From positions 21,452,001 through 21,516,000 of the forward strand of contig CM114271.1 in assembly GCA_050084515.1 (NCBI GenBank): a stretch of 64,000 bases of DNA, given 5' to 3'. The position numbers and the translations under genes are program-made. Source of the stretch: Blasia pusilla (taxonomy: Eukaryota). This document shows, in pieces, positions 35,290 through 49,500 of this stretch (positions are counted from its first letter, which is position 1; each line of letters opens with the position of its first letter). The notes beneath the pieces were generated by a model that made no database searches, was not told where the DNA came from, and saw only the letters and a program-made list of their open reading frames with translations.

Positions 35290-38200
35290 ATGGCTCACGG
35301 TGTGGTTTTCTCGCGCACCAACGCGATCACCCAACGCCTCGCAACATGCAGTCTCGCGAGCTCTTCTTCGCTGAGGAGCGAGAGTTCTAGAGTTCGTGCG
35401 CCTCGGCAGTGCCGTTCAACAGCTGGTCAGTATCGATGTGGGGTCTTGGTGTTTGGGGGATAGGCTGTGGCTTATGATGAAGTGCAGCTGAGTTGAGAAT
35501 TCCTTGAATCTGGCTTCCCTTCACAAGAGGTGGAATTGAGATAACTGTAGGAGTCAGCATTCCTTAGGGTTTTATGGAGCACGTCATTGATTTCGTTTTT
35601 TCTTCCATCTTTTGTCTTTCAGGAAATTTCGTTGAGAAAGGTGCTCATTGGTCTCGTTCCATATCCTCAAGTGCAAGAGTAAGAGCATGCACCGAATCGC
35701 CTGGAGTCGAGGTAACTAAGCTGTCTGGGGTGTGTAGATATTTGAATCCTCTCCATAGCCCCTGTACAGCTGATCTTTTTAGAATCAGGATATCTTCGAG
35801 TCTACATCTGGTGCTGTGCTGTGGCGGCGATTAGGATGTGTCAAGAGGATGGTGGGACTGATTAGAATGGTTATTAATGGACCTGAAGGAATGGGACAAG
35901 CAAATGCTGAAAGAGAGCAGAGAGCGCGACTTACTAAGACAGCGAGATAAGGAAGAGGAGCTACTGAAAGAAGCAGAATATCGGACAATTGGTCAGCAGC
36001 TTGCTGGTTACTCGGAGGAGGAAATTCGACATGTGAAAAAGTTTGTTGCCAGCTTAATCCGGGCTGGAAATGCAGTAGAGGAGGTACGACTTTGCAGACT
36101 ATACTCCTAAAGTAGCCATAGTCATAGCCTTGCGACACTTGGCCCTGCACCTAGTTGGATGCTGTTAGTTCAGTGACATATGCAGAAATGGACGAAGAAA
36201 TGAACTGATTTCTTGTCCAGAGACCCAAGAGAGCCAGTCAGGCGCAAGAAGAGAGGACTTACCACATGGAAAGAGAGAGACTTTCCCATATTTCGTGAGT
36301 GTACCAAAGTGGTTGTTAGTGCAGAGCTGGTAGATTTGAGCCAGAATAATCATAAAACAAACGATCTTACTTAATTAGCATCCCCAAAATACGCTGTTAT
36401 TCATTGCAGCAGCATTGGGCTATCAATCTGGTGTATTTGAATGCTGCTCTCATGACAATAACTTACAAATTCTGTCTAGATCGTTGCTCTTTCTGCAGTA
36501 GATCCTTTGAATGAGACCAGATTTTGAATTGAAGTGTCATCTACCCTAAACACTAAGCGACTTCACTCTCTGTGGATGACTTCCTTTCTTGTATCCTGCC
36601 TAAGACAATCCGGATGAAGTTGAATTTGTGATCCATAAATCCCTTCGACTGTCTGATATGGCAAATGTATGCCAAGAGATTTTTCACTCTGGCAAGTATC
36701 AGTTTGATGGCCTTGTCATGTCAGATGTATGCAAATCTCTCTGGCAGACAGTTCAATTGATTGCTTCTTGTTTTGTTGACACTGCCTTCGTCTCACCTGA
36801 TTGGCCATTTCTCTTTTGAGTTTAAAGTATCAATAGGCATGTGCCCAACAGCTGCAGATCTGGACACTAGGCATTCTTTCAGTAGGAAGGTTTGGTAAAG
36901 TGCTATGAGCGCATTTTGTAAGCTGTGACTGATTTAATTTGGTAATTTTCAAATCTCAAAGCCTGACAGGTTTTGAGGTCTACTGATGACATTCTTTATA
37001 TCTGTGTTCTGTGTTCTGGATGTTCTTTTCATTACAAGATCTACATAACCTCTTGCTAAGGTTACAACTGCATTTCAATTCTGACACCTGATTGGGACGC
37101 AAAGGAGCCTACTCTGGACTCTATTCATGTGGATGCATTCTGCCCTTGAAAAATTGCACAAGGCTCTTATTGACTGCCCTTCTGCTGCCCTGTCTCGTTT
37201 TTGTAACATGCTCTGGTCTCAACGCTCTCATGAGGTAGTGATGTGTTTTCCACGCTCGGTGCACAGGGCACCCTGGAAGTATTGAGATTGGCCGAAAAAT
37301 CAAAAATATTTTTGTTTTTTTATTGGTCCGTTTTCACCAGAATGCTTATTATCCGCTAGGAAGCGAAAGCCTCTGGGCTTGCAAAAGGAGGGATATGTTC
37401 TAAAACTTGTGAACCTAATCAAGTTGTAGTAGCTCATTCTGTTAGTGGTAGATGGAATCTTAATCCCAAGTTTCACTAAGTATGATATGCCAGTCATTTT
37501 GCAGATGATAGTGGATGCAGCGGACAATAATGAGCTTAATCCTCTTACTCTGCTGATCATCAGGAACCGTCTGGAACTTGCACGCCATGATGTATGTCTC
37601 CTTCTCTTCTTACTGAGACAGAGTTGTGGAAACATATGAGATGTTCCTATTTGTGCCTCAAGTTACTTTTTGAATTTGGACACCAACACTAGACATAGTT
37701 GGAATGCTCGAGATCTCTCTCAAGCTAAATGTGAACTGGTCATATCCTGCATGCCTCATGTCTTAAATTTCAAGAAGGCTGTGTTAAATGACACAAGAGA
37801 GTGTATTAATTATAACAGGAGTGAATTTCACATTATGGCCTGAGGTCTCTTTGGAATTTTGCAGGATGAAAGAGATGCTATTCAAGCTCTTGATTTACTA
37901 TACCGGCGTATTGAGGTTTGTTATACTTGCTCAACATTGCTCTTGTACTCATTCAGTTGTTCTACCTAGTAGTTCCCTGCAACAAGTGCAATTTGCAGAT
38001 TGTGACTGCCCATCAAAGACGACAGTCGGATAGTGAAAACTGCCAAGTTGGGCATCTCCTTTCACCGGAAATTATGATAAGCCTCCAGTAATTGACATTT
38101 ATTGTACTCCAAGGCAATCCAGAAGTAGTGGAGATATTTCCATTCTGGATGAAATGTCAAAATTCATGAGCTGTTCCCCACGTAATCAATCATGCATGAT

Positions 38201-39705
38201 TCAAAAACTCTTATGATACACACACACAGGAAATGTACCTGCTTCATGTTGACCTTTTCTATGAGATCACACATGTTTGTAAACACCACCCTTGAAAGAG
38301 GGTCAGCCGGTAGACTACAAAACTGCTTCCAACAGCAATTCCTCCTCCAGAGAGGTGACCCCTAAGAAAACGGGATCACACCAAACTCGATCTGTGCGAG
38401 CTCAATAATCAACCAGGAGTGGAGCATCATACAAAACACCCTGAACAATCCTCGTGTCTGCATGAACAGTCATGGCTCCAGTAGAGGAGCTGTCCCAGGG
38501 ATCAGGATCCACTGTCAAGTATGAATGCTTTTAAACAGTTCTGATATCTACAAAGCCAGTTACACACTGGAACTATTGCTACTCAGATTTATTCTAGTCA
38601 TTACATAACATGAAGTTTCACACTGGCATTCTTACATGAAAATGTTATCGTAAGACGTGGATTTGCGTTGCATGTACACAGACTGAAATGTTGCAAAGGG
38701 AAGCACCATTAGCTTTGCAGGTTTTGAACGAGCTTCTGAACCTTCACGATGGATTCAGTCATGAAGAATGGCTGCAACGATGTCGTCAAACCATGATTCA
38801 AATTTTCCCCCCTGAGGATGCCTTCACATTCCTGGGACCACCTGACTTCGATCTCTACAATGTAAGCTCTTCCGGTTCTTAATTTATCTTATTTCTTCAT
38901 GAGTTACACGCCATTCTTGCGTTGCATCTCAGGTCTTCGCTGTGATACTTACAATTATCCTGTGTGTTAGCCATATTCTGGACCATTCAAAAGGGGCCTG
39001 ATCACCCAATGTGTGCCAGCTGCTAAACTATTTCTGGCTGTAAATTCTGTTCCTGCTATTCAATTGAATCTAGATGCGGTGAAAATAAATTTTCCTGTAC
39101 CCTTTGTGGTCTAAATTGAAATGTGATATGTGATATGTGATCTTCATGCTTATCAAATTCCTCTTGGTTTCCTAGAACCCTCAAGTTATATACCCTGACT
39201 CTAGAATTGACACAACATTGGAAAGGAAAGAGTCCAATGGAGGATTGCGTTCTGTATGGATTTCATTCTTGGTACAACTACACTGTCAACGCGGGCTTAA
39301 CTTGGTGTTGTAGGATGAACAAAAAAATAGAGAGTGTTTTCTTTCAACTTAAGGCCTTGTAGTGATGGATCAGTCCTGCCCATTACATATGGTGTCAACT
39401 TCAGAGAACAAAAAGTTTTCATGATACAGAAAAGAAGGTGGGTTCTGATGGCACATTTGTTTTCTTCCTCGACAGCATCATGGCCCTGTGGAAATGCCAG
39501 AAGAAGAAGATGACATTCTTTGCGAATTGATTTCATCCGTGAAGTAGACAGTCTTCTTTCAGAGTTAGAGGTGCAGGCAGAAGTGAAGCCAATGGAAGGA
39601 TTCGACCCACAAACTGTGGCTGTCCGCTTTCGTCAAGAGGAAAAGTTGCGAGCCATCGAGCAAGTGAAGGATTTGCGGAACCTGGCTGCCACACTCAAGT
39701 GGTAG
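35290..39705 (+). CDS. PAC: PALE CRESS chloroplast protein, 7 exons (35290-35425, 35623-35711, 35889-36083, 37505-37591, 37865-37915, 38682-38861, 39476-39705)
   Basis: Spliced translation EYRTIGQQL...IIRNRLELARHDDERDAIQALDLLYRRIETE...LNLHDGF...RIDFIREVD...RQEEKLRAIEQ...LKW follows Arabidopsis PAC as I recall it. Ser/Arg-rich transit-peptide-like N-terminus. One-base frameshift at ~39519-39521. The exon 3 acceptor is less certain. Confidence 0.9.
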
Positions 39706-40947
39706 ACACATCTCAAAGTTCCAATTGCTACCTGAGCTTGAATGTCTCTATAGGACCACCCTGTTCTGGTTCATCCTCCTCACAAATGGGCCAAGAGACA
39801 GGAGTTACGGGAGGCATTCAGATCACTGGAAGTAAAGTATCTAGCTACAGATGAGTGGGTGGAGTTTCAGCCTTCAGCGGTATCATACTGCAGCCACCCT
39901 AGACATAAACCGGAGACAAGGACCATAGCAAGGTCTGTGCACTTCTCCTAGAGATACGTATTTTACTGTTGGGAGACTCCATTGAGATGAGTTTTTGGTT
40001 CTCAGTGGAGATTCAGTGACGAGGCCTGTATGGCCCCCCTTGATCACCAGTTTCTGCCTACCAGATTGATAATTTTTGCATATTTTAATTTGTAGGTCAT
40101 TTACATGCGGTGGGTATTACTTGTAGTGGATTCTTCGCTTCGCATGGATTGGATGTTAGAAAATGTTACTCTAATGGGAAAAGAAATGATATAAACATCA
40201 AAAGTTTCACTTGGAAAAAGCAATGACTAGTTTCGGGTATGATCTCGAATGTGATTTGAGGTTCACTGTAAAATGTGAAATCCTTGACCTATTCCAAATA
40301 CTAAGATTTTCTCTGAGTAGTAACATGGCAGGCGTAGTGCATACTATCACATTTGGTCACATGTAAATTAAAGTCATCCTAAAGTTGTTCAACCAAGACA
40401 AGGAATGAATGGTAGATTATTAGCGCGAAAAAAGGGAGAAATTATTAGGTTGCCTACGTGAGCCACATGGGTGATTGGTATGAGGAACTCAATACAAGTA
40501 GAAGAAAATAATTACTTGTGTGAGTTTGAGTAGTAAATTTGAGCACTACTACCTTTGCATCTCAAAAATTCTTATTTGACACTCACCTAACTCTTCCACT
40601 TTTGTGACCATTGGCTCTCCCACACTATTTGCATTGTATTCACAAGATTCTTAGGTTTTGTATTGAGGTTGAAAATGATTCTCAAGGACTCACATACTAT
40701 TTTGCAATCCAAACATTTGCTTAGACGACCTTATATGAATATGGTTTTGAGTGCATGTCAATCCTTTGCAATTGCCAAATTTGAACTTGGTAACTAGTTC
40801 CCAATTCTCACAAGTAATATGTGACTTCAATACGATTGCTTTGCAAGTCATTGTTGGTGCTTTTGGTTTATTCATCTCTTTCTATTATTCTGTTTGTTTT
40901 GTCTCTCATTCTTCCATAACATCCATACATATCAAATATAGTGACAA

Positions 40948-41190
40948 TCACAAATATCCATCCAAGAAAGTATTATTTATCGAGAATGTAGTACACAACA
41001 TGCCAAGGTATCTAATCGAATCCAAGGGTGTGTTGCAACTTCTAGTAGGGGTTTTGTTGTTGATGAGACCACCCAAACATAATGCTTGCCAAACCATCAT
41101 ATTTTGGAGCAATGGAGAGCATGTGATTATTACTTGGACAATATGCTTTTCATATGTTTTCAAATTATGATATGATGATTTATAAACCAT
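40948..41190 (-). pseudogene. Possible CACTA transposase relic
   Basis: YHNLKTYEKHIVQV resembles the CACTA LKSHDxH motif; weak. Confidence 0.35.
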
Positions 41191-41219
41191 TCTTTACACC
41201 TTGGGACCAGAATTTGAAT

Positions 41220-41680
41220 TTATGAGTAGATGAAGGCGATTTCCTTGGAGATTCTAATATGTGTAGACACATGGTTGGAAATTGGATCTATTTGCTTATT
41301 ACTAGGCTGGACTTGAACTACGCAATCAATCTAGTGAGCCAATTCATGCAAACGCCTCAAAACCTTAAAATAATGCCGTGAGGAGAATTATGCGATATAT
41401 AAAATTCTCTTTCGTTTTGGATTTCAATTTAAACCTTCTCCTTTTAATTTTGTATTTATAGATGTTGATTGGATAGGAAGCGGATGTGATGGACACTTGA
41501 CATCTGGTTATTCTTTCATCTTGGGAAGCGAAGTTATAAATTGGGCTTCAAAGAAGCAACCTGTCGTTCGCACACACATCTACACACCACACAATACTTA
41601 TCTCCCCCAAAACACCGGTAGATCCACACATGTACAAATCATTATGTCTTTATCTCGTACTGAAGGGATTGTTATAAAGT
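41220..41680 (+). pseudogene. Copia RT/RNase H relic
   Basis: IYLLITRLDLNYAINLVSQFMQTP; DVDWIG...TSGYSFILGSEVINWASKKQP..MSLSRTE. Confidence 0.8.
41562..41636 (-). mobile_element. 75-bp insertion homologous to the 3' part of repeat B of the DNMT-Gypsy family
   Basis: Reverse complement TGTACATGTGTGGATC...GTGTGGTGTGTAGATGTG...GCGAACGACA; flanks AACC/AATC; splits the Copia KKQP motif. Confidence 0.7.
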
Positions 41681-43766
41681 AACGATAATCTGATTTTGAG
41701 TCATTCACTTCCATCGTGGAACCCAAAACTGTGGAGAGACTCGCACTGAATTGACAAAGTGGCAAAAAGTTAATCTTGAGTTTATCGTTCACTTCTTCAC
41801 CTACATGCACTACTTTCCTCTTGTCTGTCATCCTTCCTCTCCTCTTTCGGAAATAACCACTTTCTTGGTCTTTTGGAATGACTGACCAGTAACACGTTGC
41901 TGACGCACAAATTTACTGCCCTAGGGAGTTTATGTTACAAGATTAGAAGTTTGTAAAATTTACAGACAATTACTTTACGCTCCACTTGAGCTGGAAGAGC
42001 TAGTTAGGTACCTCAAAAAAGTAGCAGACACAAAACACCAGGCAACGGCTGCAAATATGCCTGTGGCCAGCAGTAGTGACAACACTGCTGCAAACAGATC
42101 AGTACCCAACACGAGAAACTGACTTAGCACTTCTGCCATGTTCCTTCGTCAGCTTCTGAGGAAATGCACCAAACAACTTCCTCGTTGAATAAAATTGAGT
42201 TCCTTTCGTGGCAGTGTCACAAAAGTTATCCTTACCTTTCTACTTAGGGGTTTCTGGGTAGTCTATCTTACACGAATTAGAAGACACCACAAGATTTTAT
42301 CTCCTAGGTTGCATATCAAGCTGTATGTGTGGTGTCCTCCAGAGTGGATCAGCTACACATGAGAAGTGCTTACAGCCACTTGGACTCGTTGGATCTTGAC
42401 TGAGCTTTGTTTCCCCGATCAAGAAGATACATGGTCTCAAATGTGCCTTGTTTGAAAAAACTCCTCAGTCCTGGTCAGTGTGAACATTTCAGTGTCAGTA
42501 ATACCACAGTAGTGGCAGTCATCATGTCAAAGCTACTAGGTCCAACCAAATTCATCTGCAACCTACCGTGTCATACTTGCTTGCCCGCTCTCTTCAGTGT
42601 TAATGCTTACACACACTTCTATCTATGATAGCTCAACCACTGTGTTCTTCTGTTTTTGATTCTCAATGCTACGAATGAAAACTTTGTACAAATAGACACA
42701 GTGAAAGTACCCATTGAGTAGTGCCAGTCATAGCCTAAAGACGAGTCCCTGTGCCCTCAATAGATAGTTCTAGGGCCTGGGATCGGTGCAGGAGGAAAAA
42801 TAAGAAAAGTGGGTATCATAAGATATAAGGGTCTCTCATATAGTCTGAGTGCTTATGGTTCAGATTTCTGGTGCAAAGCTCTCAAGTGATTGAGGTAACC
42901 AGAAAGACATCACCTACCAGTGCAGTAGCTCTGGGCAGTGAAGGGAGACTACTGGACAAACAAAAATTGAGGGCTCTCCCACGTTTAGGATTACAATGGG
43001 AATAGATCATGTCATCTGATTGTAAGACTCGATGTCCTGTGTCAAGGCACCAGATGATCGATGTGAAGCAGTTCGTAACTGTTCTAGGGATTCACAGAGC
43101 AGAAGAGAATACCATATGGCCACCGAACTCAAAAGAATGGATTAAATGTGCCCCATTCAGCCCCCAGGTTCTATATCCTCCAAATTGCAGGCATGGTATG
43201 ACGACTAAGATTGCTATTCAATTAGATCTCTCCCAATCAATCGTTTCACAAATGTCTGCAACACTTTTCATTTCAGAGTGCGGGATGTACTGTAGTAGGG
43301 AACGAGACTACTCCACTCTTGAATCGCTTCCGAGGAACTCTCACAGTTCCAAGGATAGCTCTAATTCTCGTCTAGGCCAACCGAGAAGAGATGATCGCCC
43401 CAGTTTGTGAAGAACAACTCACCTGCTACAGGACAATCAGAGCTTAAAATCCAGTGTCAATGCAATCAGCAGCTAAAGCAGTCACTAGATCAAAACAAAG
43501 TTCTAGGGCTAGCCTCAGGATTCTCTACTGACTCCCCTTTTTCTGATAATAAACTACAAACCACATTCCCGTTAGGACTTTGTTCACATTTACAGCATCA
43601 CTTTCCAAAAATTTCGGGTCGGCCGACTCTATTAAAACTTTCATTGCTAAACTCATCAGCTTCTACGGACCAAATCTTAACACCCGGAACGCAAATCCAA
43701 CCGATGTTATTTTAAAATAAGGAAGTAACTTATGGGGAAAAATCAAACATACTAAATTCCACTAAT

Positions 43767-45827
43767 AAAGAATATTGTATCACGTCCGTTTCAAACAAGA
43801 TTGTGTTACGAGGTTCTTCGAGATTCCAAGCACGAGTTCTAGCCTTGGATCAGCCAACTCACTTTATGGAAAGGAAGATTCCATAAATTTCAGATCATTT
43901 AATCCTTCCCCTTCTTCATAAAAGCCCTAAATGACAAGAAGCTAGCCGTGAAGGATCTGAATAAGAATTTTGTGGAGCCAAGGGATCCATAATTCATTCC
44001 ATGAGAAAATTTGCAGGAATTTGGTCACTTCTTACCGACAGCCCGAAATTTCTCGTTATCCGTCTCTTCCGCTCGATTTATTACGCCTGCACCGCTTTCG
44101 GTTTTCCTGTTTCACACCACAATTCCGAGCCCTGAATCCTGTGCCCGGTAGTTACAACCTGGATTTGAGTTTCGTAGCCGCAGCCAAACTGTTGCTTCCA
44201 ATCGCAGCACTGTACACGACACTGCCTTTCCCCCGGATTGTCCCATTCTTGTTCCTCAGCTCGCGTCAATCCTCACCATGTGCCCCTAAAACCCCTAAAA
44301 TCTTCCATGTGTCTGTAAACTCTCATCTCGTGACTTGTATCCGACGGGTTCTACCATGTGTCCATCGTTTGTGATCAGTTCTTCCTCGTGGCGTTGAGTG
44401 GAGATGCCAGCTGGCCCCCGGTGTCAAACTACCCGGCCCCCCCCCGGCCCTCCGAACTCATGGACTCTTTCCATTTTAGGAGAAATTATCATCTAATGTG
44501 TAATTTTTATGGTAAAAATGTGTGGAATAAATATGAAAAAATTCCTCTCGGAAGAAGAAAGAAAGAATTAATTCAAATAATAGAATTTAGGTAACGTATA
44601 AATACCTAGGGGTGTTTACATCACCTAGCCCCGCATTTTTAAGGTCACTTGGATTGTTAAGCTTGAAGATGGCTAATTTTAATTGCCATCAGTTTTGCAC
44701 AAGTTGGAATTTAGTACGTTTGATTTTTTCTCATAAGTTCCTTCCTTATTTAAAAAATTGGTATCATCAATAAAAAATCTAAGTTGGATTCGTTTCAGAG
44801 GTACTAGTGGATGCGTATTGGGTTGTAATGGGTAATTTAAATGACCTTCATTGCAGGAAAATATGCTTACTAGAATGATCTTATTGGTTGAATAATAGAA
44901 TTAATAAGAAAAGAAAAGAATTTGAAAATTATAAACGCACTCTTCAATACCATTTTTACTTTCAAACACGAAAACTTGTGCAAAATTTAGGAAAAGAATT
45001 TTTTGTGTGCAAAATTTAGGTCCACTAGTTGTAATATAAAATAGATGTATGCCATAAATTTGAAACGTAAGACATGAAATGAACGATTTTTTCGCATTAT
45101 ATCCACATTTGGTTCTCATCGAAAATGTCGGAAAGAATCCATGAGTTGGAACTTGGAGGGGGGGGGGTCGTAGTTTGACTCTGGAGGCATCTGGTATCCC
45201 TACTCAACGCCACTGATCACAACTGATCATCAATGATGGACACATGGAAGAATCCGTCGGATACAAGTCACAATACAGGTCTCGTTATGAGAGTTTACAT
45301 ACACACTTTAGGGGTTTTCGTGGCACACGGTGAGTGTTCATGCGAGCCGAGGAACAAGAATGACACAATCCGAGGAACGGCAGTGTTGCGATTGGAATCA
45401 ACACGTTGCCTATGCCTACGAAATTCAAATCCAGGTTGTGACTATCGGGGCACGAGATTGATTGCTTGAAAATGAGGTGTGAAACAGGAAGACCGAAAGC
45501 TGTGCAGACGTGAAAAATCGAGCGGAAGGGACGGATAACGAGAAGTTTCGGGCTGTAGGTAAGGAGTGTCCACATGGCTGCAATTTTGCTTATGGAATGA
45601 ATGGTGGACCCGTTGGTTCCACCAAATTCATACTTGGTTCCTTCACGCCGAGCTTCTCGTAATTTTGGATTTCTATGAAGGAGGGGAAGGATTAAATGAT
45701 CGGAAATTTCTGGAATCTTCGTTTCCATAAAGTGAGTTGGCTGATCCAATGCTAGAATTCGTGCTTGGAATCTCGAAGAAACTCGTAACACAATCTTGCT
45801 TGAAACGGACGTGATACAATATTCTTT
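43767..45827. mobile_element. Non-autonomous foldback/MULE-like element with ~700 bp imperfect inverted arms and a ~640 bp AT-rich spacer
   Basis: 43767-~44478 is the reverse complement of ~45121-45827 (AAAGAATATTGTATCACGTCCGTTTCAA... at both ends); no coding capacity; no TSD seen. Confidence 0.85.
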
Positions 45828-46580
45828 CGTAAGGCTTTTTTTATTTTATTTTATTTCTCCTTACGCTGCCCTTCAAATACATATCGTGCGCGTTACCCTC
45901 GTCTGGTAGTCGCTTCTTCGGGGCTGCGGTGAAAGCTACTTCCTGAATCTGAACAATGCCCAGCGTGTGCTCGCCCGATTTCGATTTTTTGTCGCTGGTA
46001 GTGCGTGCCTTTGAGCAGGAATTAGGCAGGTTGTCCGGTCTCAGCAATTTCAGATCTATAAATTCGAAAGTGTAGTGGGATGGAGCAATCTCATGTTGAA
46101 TCTGCTGTATCGCGAGATTCCTTGGGTTCAGTGCTTGATCTTAAGGTTGCAACGGACTTCAGGCAGCGGACGGTCGTCAGGACGAAGAGCTTGCAAGCTT
46201 ATGCAGGTGTGGTCTATATTCCGTAATCTTTCAGTCTTCTCAATTCTTGCGACAATCTGAACAGCTCAGTGTTTTGAGAATTGGCATCAGTCTATTGTCT
46301 GGATGGAGTTATCCTTGGACATACTATGTGTCAGAGCAGATTCCATCAAATCGGGAGTTTTCTGATGGTCAGTGAGTAGATTCTAGGTGCAGCCACACTA
46401 TTCAATACGACGCTGGACCTGTGAACCAATTTCCCTTCACTTGCAAACATTAAGCGAGAATCATAACATCAGCTGGATACGCGTTCCTGGTGTTAACTGT
46501 TAAGTGCTCCTAACTGTGTAGGCATTTGGTTTTGGGATGTGGCAGCGCCAACCGAAAGACATCTGAACCAAAAACCAGTA

Positions 46581-49500
46581 ATGGGGAATACGCAAGGTCA
46601 CACGAGAGCCGGGCCGGAATTTGAAGCTGCCTCCAGGCATGAGTCCTCTTCCTGGCGCTGAATAATTGAAGGCGTGCACAATAAGACACCCGCTCATAGA
46701 GAAAAAAAATTAAGTGCTCCTGTAGGAGTTTCACCTTATAGTGGGTCATGGGGAGGTTTGATCAGTTTTCCTCCTCGAATTTTTTCTACCGAACAATTCT
46801 TGTATGGCCAAGAGACGTATCGTTACTCGTTCGATCAACTTTGCAGGTTCTTAAACTGTCGACCGAATAGTGCAAGTTTATGATGTCCTTATATTGGGTC
46901 GCCTTTAATCGTTGGATTTTTGTTATGGCAGGAGCTTTTCTTCAACGGGGCTCGAGTCTTTGAATAAGCTGTATCTATCTTTGGCTCTGCAGTCTAGGAG
47001 CGATGGGGCTTATGTCAGTGCTTCTGCTTTCCAGGTACAATTCTTCCATATGTAAAGAAATTTTTCAGATGTTCACGAGTCTAACTGGAATGGATAGACT
47101 AGCTTGGGAGATGTAACTCAACTTCAGCATCAGTTACGTCATATGCAGCACAAATCGGCTCTACTACATACACACTCTCTCTCTCTCTTTCTCTAAAAGA
47201 GAATTCCCGTATGAGGCTCTCTCTACATCTATTGAGCACCACATGCACAGGGGAAATATCCTCCTAGTAGGAGATTTCAACGGGAAACGGCCAACACTCA
47301 AGCTCCAATCTACATGTCAAACAACACCAACATGGAAGGGATTGATACTCAGTCGGCTGATGGTCTCTCAGAGAAGTATTCTTCCCACACATGCAGCGCA
47401 ACTCAGTGGACAAGGAAAAAACAGCCAATGGAGAGAAACTTCTCCAACTTTGCTCAACACATTGTTTGGTACTCGCCAATGGCATGGCTATGTGGCCACA
47501 GTCAGGAGGTCGCACTTCCATTGGACACTCTGACTCCAACAGAGAAACCTCGACATCAGTGGTTGACTACCTGATTGGGGAAGTACATCAACTACCACAT
47601 CTGGTTGCCAATGTGCAGGTCACACCGGTTCTAGAATCTGATCATGAACCACTCTACTTTGACATCATGGTCTCCAAAACCATCCCAGAGGCTGCAGAAA
47701 AATTAACCCTGCCGACCAAATGTCGATACACTTTCCTTCAGGAAAAGAAAGATGAACTCATCACACTCGTCAACAAGGCTCTTACAGAGTGCTCACCCAC
47801 AGTGAACACGACTGAGTTCAGCGACATCCTACATCAATGTTGCAGAAAAGTCCTACCTTTCCAACTGTCTGGAGGCAAACACATTAGATCCACTTCTACG
47901 TTCTTCTCCCAACCCTGGTTTGACAAGGATTGCAAAGAGGCCCGCAGGGAGCTGAATCACAGGCTGAGGGAGGATCCACACTCTCCACACACTCGATTGT
48001 TGCAGAAAACTTACAAACGATTGGTACGTAGGAATAGACAGAACATCATTCCACTCCAGGATCTACAGATCTGGACCACATATGGTACCCAACTTCACCA
48101 CTCCAACATTGCCGCTCCTACCGACCCCTGGCCGAATGGGCTTCAGGATCTACCGGACCTCTTCACCATTGACGATGTCACATCAGGAATCAAAAGGCTA
48201 CATAACAAACCAGAGGATGGCCTGGGGTGCCAGGCTCAAATGTTCAAATTCGCAAGTGAGGCAATTGGCCCAACCCTCACCAGAATGTTCAATACTGCAG
48301 TTCAACAGGGCTTCCCACCAGAATGGCAAATGAATACGATCTACCCACTCTTCAAGGCTGGAGACCCAATGATACCATCCAACTACAGAACGATCATGGT
48401 GAGCTCCCTCATGGCCAAGTTGTATGGACTACTGCTGGAAAGGAAAATCAGCGACTGGGCTGAAGAAAAGAAGGTGCGAGCCAGAGGACAAGCAGGTTTC
48501 CGACACTCACATAGCACCCTGGATCTCCGGGTACTGATTGAAGAAACTTCCAAGTCAAGAATTGGGCACAAGCCCGGTAAATTGTTCTGCTGTTTTGTAG
48601 ACTTCAAGAAGGCCTTTGACACAGTCCCAAGGGCGCTCCTTTGGAAACGATTTGAAGAGTTGGGTGTCCCACCACAACAACTTACAGCAATCAAGGTCTC
48701 ATATGCTCAGGTGTTTGCACAGATTGCCACTAAGAGGGGCAGATCTGAAACTTTATCTTCCAACACCGGAGTCAAACAAGGATGCCCCCTCTCACCTACA
48801 TTGTTTGGGCTCTACATTGACGAACTTGGAGAGGTGCTTTCTGGAGTGAATGGAGATCCACCAGAGCTAGCACACTGCCTCATCCCCCTGCTCCTGTATG
48901 CAGATGATATAGTTCTGATGTCTAGAACAGCACATGGGCTCCAACTTTACCTGAATGCACTTTCAAGCTTCTGCAACAAATCGGGCATGGAAGTCAACTT
49001 GCTGAAAACGAAGATAATCATCTTTGGATCACAGCTCCCCTCACGGCGCAGCGGTCACACACTTTCACCTTCAGCCAGGAATGAGAAGGGAGATCATTGA
49101 GATTGTGGGTGAGTACATATACCTGGGGTGCAACTCAAACCCAACAACCAATGGAGAGCCAATGGGAGTATAACAAGATCAATGCAGGCTTGAGGGGTCT
49201 ACACCTGGTACAATCCAATTGCAAAAGAATGGAACTCTGGCATATTCCACAGAAACTCCATCTCTTCAAAGCTCTGGTGATCCCAGCCACACTCTATGCA
49301 TCTGAAGTGTGGGGCCCCAGCTCCAAGGCTTGGCCCCAGGGCCTTGACGCCCCCCAGAAACTCTTCATGCGTCAGAGTCTGGGCATTAGGAAAACCACTT
49401 CCCACGACATTCTATTGGCTGAGTTTGGGGAGGTACCAATGGAGATCCATGCTGTTAAAAATCTGATCACATTTCTCCAACACCTTGAGGATATCTGCGA

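Noticed and set aside
41900-43700. Possible LTR-like or gene-like sequence
   Set aside because: No TG...CA/TSD pair or convincing coding motif found
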